In this document: piece by piece, positions 47,083-51,928 of the stretch
How the letters are laid out: the number at the start of each line of letters is the position of its first letter
Position numbering within the stretch: the first letter of the stretch is position 1
From: a virus
DNA: 51,928 nt
Reading direction: 5' to 3' (one strand)
UHGV virus genome: UHGV-0019417
Notes under the pieces: generated by a model
What the model was told of the DNA's origin: nothing
Database searches by the model: none
The model's input: the letters and a program-made list of their open reading frames with translations, nothing else
Program-made: the position numbers and the translations under genes

Positions 47083-47153
47083 AAATCTTTTCATTAGCTA
47101 CTTTTCAATTAAAATTTAAAAATTAATGATTTTAAACAGTTAATTAATAATCA

Positions 47154-47198
47154 TTAACTGTAAAAACTTTTACTATTGCAATATTATTTATATATTTG
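47154..47198 (+). promoter_or_regulatory. promoter with CAGTTAAT/ATTAACTG palindrome (-7 box TATATTTG at 47191-47198)
   Basis: TTAACTG ends 30 nt before the -7 box; ATTAACTGTAAAAACTTTTA nearly identical to 49043-49062. Confidence 0.5.
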
Positions 47199-47233
47199 CA
47201 GTATTAAAAATAATCATTAAAACAGCTTTTAAA

Positions 47234-47566
47234 ATGAAAAATTTAGGACTTATTTTTATTGATTCTCTACAAAGTGTATCAATTGCTAGTATACAGTATG
47301 ACGATAAACAAACTGGAGAATTCAAATTGCAGGATGAATTTTCTGCACAAGGGTATTGGTTTAAAACATTAGACGACATACTCAATAACATTAAAGAAGT
47401 TGACTTTATAAGGCACCAGGTTGAAAGAAAAAATGGAAAAAATATTATAGTTTATTTACAAAGTTATGAACAAAGAATGTATTCACTTCCACCAAAAATT
47501 ATAAATATTGATTATACACCATTTTCATCAAAAATTTATCACATTGATTATAAAACTCTTATATAA
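47234..47566 (+). CDS. hypothetical protein
   Basis: 110-aa ORF. Confidence 0.4.
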   Translation: MKNLGLIFIDSLQSVSIASIQYDDKQTGEFKLQDEFSAQGYWFKTLDDILNNIKEVDFIRHQVERKNGKNIIVYLQSYEQRMYSLPPKIINIDYTPFSSKIYHIDYKTLI

Positions 47567-47577
47567 AAATTATAAAT

Positions 47578-47790
47578 ATGGAAAAGATAACAAGCTTAAA
47601 AAGTATGAAAGCTGAACTTGATTATATTACTGACAAAGTAGCTGATATGATAGTATATATTAACAGCGATGAGTTCGGCAAATTAAATTGTAATGAACAA
47701 GATTATATATTACAACAACAACTCTATATGAATCAATATAGAAGAATTTTAAAAATAAGGGTTGATAAATTGGCAAAAAGAAATGGATAA
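47578..47790 (+). CDS. hypothetical small protein
   Basis: 70 aa. Confidence 0.35.
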   Translation: MEKITSLKSMKAELDYITDKVADMIVYINSDEFGKLNCNEQDYILQQQLYMNQYRRILKIRVDKLAKRNG

Positions 47791-47962
47791 AACATATACA
47801 AGTGCAAATATATCAGAAGATATTTTATTCTGGCTATTTGGCGTAGAATTAGGTTATATTGATTGCAGCATAAATTCTATAGAGGATTTAGCTAATGCAG
47901 TTGATAGCCACCACACAAAAGAAGAAATTTTAGAAATAGCTAATCAACAAATGTATTATTAA
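47762..47962 (+). CDS. hypothetical small protein
   Basis: 66 aa. Confidence 0.3.
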   Translation: MINWQKEMDKTYTSANISEDILFWLFGVELGYIDCSINSIEDLANAVDSHHTKEEILEIANQQMYY

Positions 47963-47966
47963 AAAA

Positions 47967-48254
47967 ATGGAAAAGAATTATATTTTAACTAGAATAACCG
48001 ATATTTCAAGCAACAAAGAAAATAACCTATTGATACATATTTTTAATGAAAATGAAGTAAGGCTTATTTCAATATGCCCCATGTGTGGAGCATCTGTTGT
48101 TATTAAAGTTTCAATGAACTTACTAATGGTAATATTAAGAGCTATTATGTATGATGGGATAAATATAAACACATTACCTTTTCTTTCACCAGAGGAACGA
48201 GAAACATTAAGTTCAGGTATATGTGAATCTTGTTTTGATAAACTTTATAAATAA
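47967..48254 (+). CDS. zinc-ribbon protein
   Basis: CPMCG ... CESCF (CxxC...CxxC). Confidence 0.4.
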   Translation: MEKNYILTRITDISSNKENNLLIHIFNENEVRLISICPMCGASVVIKVSMNLLMVILRAIMYDGININTLPFLSPEERETLSSGICESCFDKLYK

Positions 48255-48507
48255 TAAAAAAATGGAAACAAATCAAATACAAAAACGTTGTAATTCATGT
48301 GAGCGTATTCTTCCTATCTCTGCTTTTGCAGAAGATAAAAGGTCAAAAGATGGTCATCGAGCTTATTGTATGGAATGCCAAAAGCTCAAAAAAGGTTGTA
48401 ATAAAAAGCTTTCAGCATTTACTCCGAGAGATTTAATTGAGGAACTTGCTGCGAGAGGTTATAGAGGCAAATTGACATATACAATAACTAAAACCATATT
48501 AGTATAA
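48223..48507 (+). CDS. zinc-ribbon protein (possible small DNA-binding regulator)
   Basis: CNSCE ... CMECQ four-Cys motif, basic residues. Confidence 0.4.
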   Translation: MNLVLINFINNKKMETNQIQKRCNSCERILPISAFAEDKRSKDGHRAYCMECQKLKKGCNKKLSAFTPRDLIEELAARGYRGKLTYTITKTILV

Positions 48508-48765
48508 ATGTATTTTCCAAAAAAGTATGACAATGAGCTAAATGGATTAGTTGCTCAACTGAATAAACTTTTAGGAGGGCAATTTTTTAAGCTAATTTTA
48601 CACCATTCACAATCTTGTATAATTTATGAATTGGTGCTAATAAAAACTGATAGCCTATTAAATTTATCAATTGATACAAGATATGAATATTCTTTTAAAG
48701 AAATGCGAACATATCTTAATGGTTTAATTCGAGGTATTAAATTAGCTTTAAAAAATAACCACTAG
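48508..48765 (+). CDS. hypothetical small protein
   Basis: 85 aa. Confidence 0.35.
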   Translation: MYFPKKYDNELNGLVAQLNKLLGGQFFKLILHHSQSCIIYELVLIKTDSLLNLSIDTRYEYSFKEMRTYLNGLIRGIKLALKNNH

Positions 48766-48789
48766 TAACAGCATAAAATCCAAAGAAAA

Positions 48790-49026
48790 ATGATACAAAA
48801 GAAATTTTTAATGATGTCCACTAAGAAACTCCAAGCTATCTTGGCAACAGCTAGTGATGAAGACAGAGTAGAAATTCAAGCTCTTATTGAAAAAAGATTA
48901 TTAAATTTATATGACCCAGAATATAAATATACATTTAGAAATATATGGAATATCAATAACATTAAAGGCCTACTAATTCGAGTTAAATTTGCTTTAAAAA
49001 AGTTAATAAAAAATGCACGATTTTAA
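48790..49026 (+). CDS. hypothetical protein; N-terminal 35 aa paralogous to 49143..50225
   Basis: MIQKKFLMMSTKKLQAILATASDEDRVEIQALIEKR against MTQKKFSQMPTKKLQALLATASDEDRVEIQAIIDKR; upstream about 25 nt also duplicated. Confidence 0.45.
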   Translation: MIQKKFLMMSTKKLQAILATASDEDRVEIQALIEKRLLNLYDPEYKYTFRNIWNINNIKGLLIRVKFALKKLIKNARF

Positions 49027-49044
49027 CAGTTTTATTAACATTTA

Positions 49045-49089
49045 TTAACAGTAAAAACTTTTATAGCTATAAAATAGCATGTATATTTG
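49045..49089 (+). promoter_or_regulatory. promoter with TTAACAG motif (-7 box TATATTTG at 49082-49089)
   Basis: TTATTAACA direct repeat x2; TTAACAG ends 30 nt before the -7 box. Confidence 0.5.
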
Positions 49090-49142
49090 CAGTATCAAAA
49101 ATAAATAATAACCGCTAGTAATAGCATAAATTCCAAAGAAAA

Positions 49143-50225
49143 ATGACACAGAAGAAATTTTCTCAAATGCCTACTAAGAAACTTCAAGCTCTTTTGGCAA
49201 CAGCTAGTGATGAAGACAGAGTAGAAATTCAGGCAATTATAGATAAGCGTAATGCTGTTTCAATGCCTGCTACAGTAGAGGCTTCTCTTTCAGAAGAGGA
49301 ACAAAAAGCTGTAGATGAAGCAGCAAGTGATTCTACTACAAAACCAAAGCCTTCACGTAAAAAGGCTCCTCAGCTTACAAATGAACAGCGCATAGCTCTT
49401 GCAGAATCAATGCGTGCAGAAGCACTTCATCATAAGTGTGAGGTTGTTCCTTTCAATACTTGTGAATGGGTTCCTGGTGTTGTTGTAGGAGTTATTGAAG
49501 AGAAGCGTAACAATAAATGCCTTTATGCAATTAAGACAGAAGATGGTCGTCGAGTAGTTAAAGCTTATGGCTCTGACCTTGTTAAAATTCTTGATGAAGT
49601 TGTTGAGCCTGTTAAGAAAGAACGTAAAAGCCGCGTAAAGCTTGATGAAAATGGTAATCCTATTCCTTCTATTGCTAAAGAGCCTCTTGGTGAATGGCTT
49701 CCTGAAGAAATTGAAGCTGCTATTAACGAAGTAATTGCAAACGTAGGTAAGACAATTACTTATCCTAAGGCAGGTGCAATGGGTGTTAAGCTTGAAGGAG
49801 AAGAATCAGGTCGTATTGTATCACTTGTTCCTAACAAGAGACAACATACAATTCTTTATAGAATTGAAGTTGACCAAGAAGATTCTGAAGCTCCCAAGAA
49901 GTATGCTCATAAGGTTACTTCAAATGAAGACCTTAAGATTGCAGATGAGCTTGATGAAGTAGGTGCTAAGATTAATGAAGCTTTTGTTAAGCGCCATAAT
50001 GGGGAGCATAAACCTCGTATAGCTAAAACTCCTGCTGAAGCCCTTGAGTACGCAAAGGTAATGCTTGAAAAAGCTAAAGAGCAACTGAAAAAAGCTGAAA
50101 TAAATGTAGGAAAACGAAATGAAGCTTTTAAGCTTGCTCAAGAAATGTTTGAAAAGTCACAGCAGAATGTTGAAAATACTGATGCTGAAAGTACTGAAGT
50201 TTCAACAGAAGATGATTTGATGTAG
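49143..50225 (+). CDS. hypothetical protein, acidic, in a locally GC-elevated segment
   Basis: 360-aa ORF; GC visibly higher (about 40%) than surroundings; N-terminus duplicated in 48790..49026. Confidence 0.5.
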   Translation: MTQKKFSQMPTKKLQALLATASDEDRVEIQAIIDKRNAVSMPATVEASLSEEEQKAVDEAASDSTTKPKPSRKKAPQLTNEQRIALAESMRAEALHHKCEVVPFNTCEWVPGVVVGVIEEKRNNKCLYAIKTEDGRRVVKAYGSDLVKILDEVVEPVKKERKSRVKLDENGNPIPSIAKEPLGEWLPEEIEAAINEVIANVGKTITYPKAGAMGVKLEGEESGRIVSLVPNKRQHTILYRIEVDQEDSEAPKKYAHKVTSNEDLKIADELDEVGAKINEAFVKRHNGEHKPRIAKTPAEALEYAKVMLEKAKEQLKKAEINVGKRNEAFKLAQEMFEKSQQNVENTDAESTEVSTEDDLM

Positions 50226-50380
50226 TAGTTAATCACAAACAATTGGATTAATTTGTTTTGCTAACATAATTTTAGGTTAAAGCTGACTGCCTGTGAAGGT
50301 CGTCAGCTTTTATTTTGTTTCTTTGTATATAAATTTGGTTTTTATTTATTTTATAATTAAAGAATATATAAAATGAGTTC

Positions 50381-50475
50381 TGTGAGCTACTCTGAGCGCT
50401 CTGGAGATGCTTTTTTATTTTTGACGATAACTTTTATTACTTTTATATAAAAACGTCTCCAGAGCGCTCAAAATA
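50381..50475. terminator. terminator region between the convergent rightward late and leftward early transcription units; contains degenerate copies of the GTCTCCAGAGCGCTC terminator family
   Basis: AGCTACTCTGAGCGCTCTGGAGATGCTTTTTT matches the 3' half of the terL terminator; 50448-50475 matches the left arm of the 47041 terminator. Confidence 0.45.
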
Positions 50476-50571
50476 GCTAATATTTCCAAATATATCTAAT
50501 GTTAAACGAGGTTTTTTATACAAACATAAAAATAAGCCAAGCAAACTATTTTCTAGTATGCTTGGCTTAAA

Positions 50572-50880
50572 TTATATATGCAAAGCAAGTATAAACTGCT
50601 TTGTATTTTTACCATAATTATTATGTGTTTCACTTATTAAACTAACAGGAAAATCATTAATAATTTTGGTAATAAAATTATTTATTTGTTTTTCAACATT
50701 TGGTTTTATAGCATTACTACTACAAAATGTAATAGTAATATCCATATAACCTCCTGGCCCAAATGCTCTAGACCCACAATGCCATGAAACCAAATCTAAT
50801 TTCAATTTTGTACAGAGCTTATCTGCTAAATCTCTAATTTGGTTGTAAGCATTGATTTCTTCTTGAGTTTCATTTATCAT
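50572..50880 (-). CDS. hypothetical small early protein
   Basis: 102-aa ORF overlapping the upstream gene by 11 nt (operon). Confidence 0.45.
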   Translation of the reverse strand: MINETQEEINAYNQIRDLADKLCTKLKLDLVSWHCGSRAFGPGGYMDITITFCSSNAIKPNVEKQINNFITKIINDFPVSLISETHNNYGKNTKQFILALHI

Positions 50881-51166
50881 TGAGCATTTTGTTTATGGCT
50901 AAGTTTGATTTGATTGTTTTCAATAAATCATTCAAATCAAATTTAACATAGTCAATTAAGCCTGGTTCTGTATCAAAGTGAGCTTCATACTTATCTATTA
51001 AAAACAAAGCGAAGTTATATATCGTAAACAAATCTCTAAAGCTTGTATTACTAATAGCCTCGTAAGTCTTAATAATCATATCAAGGTCTTCTTTGCTAAA
51101 CCAACACATCAAATCGACTTGCAAAAATATAGCCAACTTGTGTTTACTTTTCTCATCTAATTTCAT
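50870..51166 (-). CDS. hypothetical small early protein; paralog of 51274..51591
   Basis: 98 aa; shares WFSKEDL..I.K.YEA.S.T.F and INKMLN C-terminus with 51274..51591; preceded by class-A leader. Confidence 0.5.
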   Translation of the reverse strand: MKLDEKSKHKLAIFLQVDLMCWFSKEDLDMIIKTYEAISNTSFRDLFTIYNFALFLIDKYEAHFDTEPGLIDYVKFDLNDLLKTIKSNLAINKMLNDK

Positions 51167-51290
51167 AATTTTAGGGTTGTTTTATGTTCTAGGCAATGTC
51201 GCCTATTGTTCCCTATAGCAGATTCGAACTGCTCTACTTTCGTATCCACCCAACTGTGGCTAGGGATATAAGCCTAATTAGACTTATTAA
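51167..51290 (-). repeat. class-A leader repeat copy (d); tRNA-like core at 51211-51265
   Basis: CATAATTTTAGGGTTGTTTTATGTTCTAGGCAATGTCGCCTATTGTTCCCTATAGCAGATTCGAACTGCTCTACTTTCGTATCCACCCAACTGTGGCTAGGGATATAAGCCT, near-identical to copies b and c. Confidence 0.8.
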
Positions 51291-51591
51291 GCATTTTATT
51301 TATAACATAACTAGGTTTAGTTGCTCTTAACAACCTAGTTAGCTCAAATCTAATAAAATCAAATGCTTCTTGGCTTTCTACGTTAAAGCCCGCATTAACA
51401 TATTGATTTATCAAAAACCAAGCGAAATTACGTGTCTTAGTTTTCGTAGGTGCTTCAAATTTAGTAGAGCTAAGAGCCTCGTATACTTTCATAATAAAAG
51501 CGAGGTCTTCTTTGCTAAACCAAGACATCATATTGACCTCATACACTTTAGTGATAAAAACGAGGTCTTTACGTCCTTCAGTTGATTCCAT
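51274..51591 (-). CDS. hypothetical small early protein; paralog of 50870..51166
   Basis: 105-aa ORF preceded by class-A leader copy (c). Confidence 0.5.
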   Translation of the reverse strand: MESTEGRKDLVFITKVYEVNMMSWFSKEDLAFIMKVYEALSSTKFEAPTKTKTRNFAWFLINQYVNAGFNVESQEAFDFIRFELTRLLRATKPSYVINKMLNKSN

Positions 51592-51715
51592 AATTTTAGG
51601 GTTGTTTTATGTTCTAGGCAATGTCGCCTATTGTTCCCTATAGCAGATTCGAACTGCTCTACTTTCGTATCCACCCAACTGTGGCTAGGGATATAAGCCT
51701 TTATTTAGGCTTTTT
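51592..51715 (-). repeat. class-A leader repeat copy (c); tRNA-like core at 51646-51690
   Basis: identical core sequence to copy d. Confidence 0.8.
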
Positions 51716-51890
51716 TGGTTTTCGTAAAATTTAAGTTTACTTGCCACTTTGAGAATAGCAAGGCGAGTTCCATTTCTTTTTCGTGGTCTGTAAATCGCCA
51801 CTTGAGCCCAATTCCCATGGCTATTTTACATTCTGAATCAATGACTTCACACTTTGTTTCGTAGTAAGCCTTGTTTGTAATAATTTTCAT
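51705..51890 (-). CDS. hypothetical small early protein
   Basis: 61-aa ORF; its upstream class-A leader spans the window junction (51891-51928 plus 1-88). Confidence 0.45.
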   Translation of the reverse strand: MKIITNKAYYETKCEVIDSECKIAMGIGLKWRFTDHEKEMELALLFSKWQVNLNFTKTKKA

Positions 51891-51928
51891 AATTTTAGGT
51901 TTTTTATGTTCTAGGCAATGTCGCCTAT
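51891..51928 (-). repeat. class-A leader repeat copy (b), 5' part; continues seamlessly at window positions 1-88 (tRNA-like core at 5-59)
   Basis: ...GGCAATGTCGCCTAT | TGTTCCCTATAGCAGATTCGAAC... reproduces the copy c/d sequence across the end/start junction. Confidence 0.8.

Noticed and set aside
51211-51265. Class-A elements considered as genuine tRNA genes, or as tRNA 3' fragments marking an attP site
   Set aside because: D-like and T-like arms and an acceptor-like stem are present but there is no anticodon arm. Four copies all sit in 5' leaders of small genes, and no integrase is present, so they are not tRNAs or a single att core.
1-51928. Looked for integrase/recombinase, CI-like repressor, transposase, HNH/GIY-YIG homing endonuclease, DNA methyltransferase, toxin-antitoxin pairs
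   Set aside because: No ORF shows the corresponding catalytic motifs (no R..H..R..Y tyrosine recombinase box, no serine recombinase N-terminus, no DPPY/FxGxG MTase motifs) by eye; the phage appears virulent. Sensitive HMM searches would be needed to be certain.

Overview
This window reads as a complete, probably circular, tailed-phage genome of about 51.9 kb. The last 38 nt and the first roughly 88 nt of the window together rebuild one copy of a repeat that also occurs intact elsewhere, which is why I treat the window as circularly closed. The DNA is very AT-rich (roughly 30% GC by eye). Promoter-like sites match the Bacteroidota sigma-A -7 box TAnnTTTG, often as TATATTTGCA, so the host is probably a Bacteroidota member, possibly a flavobacterium. 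No integrase, repressor, DNA methyltransferase, CRISPR array or transposase is evident. The plus strand carries: (i) a packaging and head module at 3.6-11.4 kb, with candidate TerS, clear TerL, putative portal, scaffold and major capsid, and a rho-independent terminator after the capsid gene; (ii) a tail module at 11.5-26 kb, with a 1344-aa tape measure and large tail-fibre-like proteins; (iii) lysis genes at 27-28.6 kb, a holin-like protein and an Amidase_2 endolysin; (iv) a replication module at 29.9-38.1 kb: DUF2800 PD-(D/E)XK nuclease, DUF2815 SSB-like, tRNA-Leu(UAA), family-A DNA polymerase, VirE/D5-like primase-helicase, VRR-NUC, SNF2 helicase; (v) a nucleotide-metabolism cluster at 40.1-46.5 kb: NodU/CmcH-type carbamoyltransferase, P-loop dNMP-kinase-like protein, two divergent ThyA-family proteins, dUTPase, possible ThyX-like protein, DUF3310. 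I read this cluster as a candidate pyrimidine hypermodification pathway and it is my top finding. Then come (vi) small zinc-ribbon and other accessory genes at 47-50 kb. The minus strand carries an early-gene array (50.5-51.9 kb, wrapping to 0.08-2.6 kb) of small ORFs. Four of these are each preceded by a roughly 110-bp conserved leader containing a tRNA-like clover structure (T-loop GTTCGAATC, D-loop AGTTGG) that lacks an anticodon arm. Compensatory base changes in the divergent copy support the structure. Further signals: two homologous intergenic loci of nested palindromes and GAGAAACAAAG iterons (3.06-3.53 kb and 28.66-28.94 kb); a three-gene cassette flanked by 115-bp direct repeats that encodes a protein of about 30 hexapeptide repeats; a promoter subclass with a TTAACWG motif exactly 30 nt upstream of the -7 box; a GC-rich mosaic block inside a tail-fibre gene; and a duplicated gene 5' end at 48.8 and 49.1 kb. 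Protein functions are inferred from motifs I can see by eye, with no database searches run, so most carry moderate confidence.
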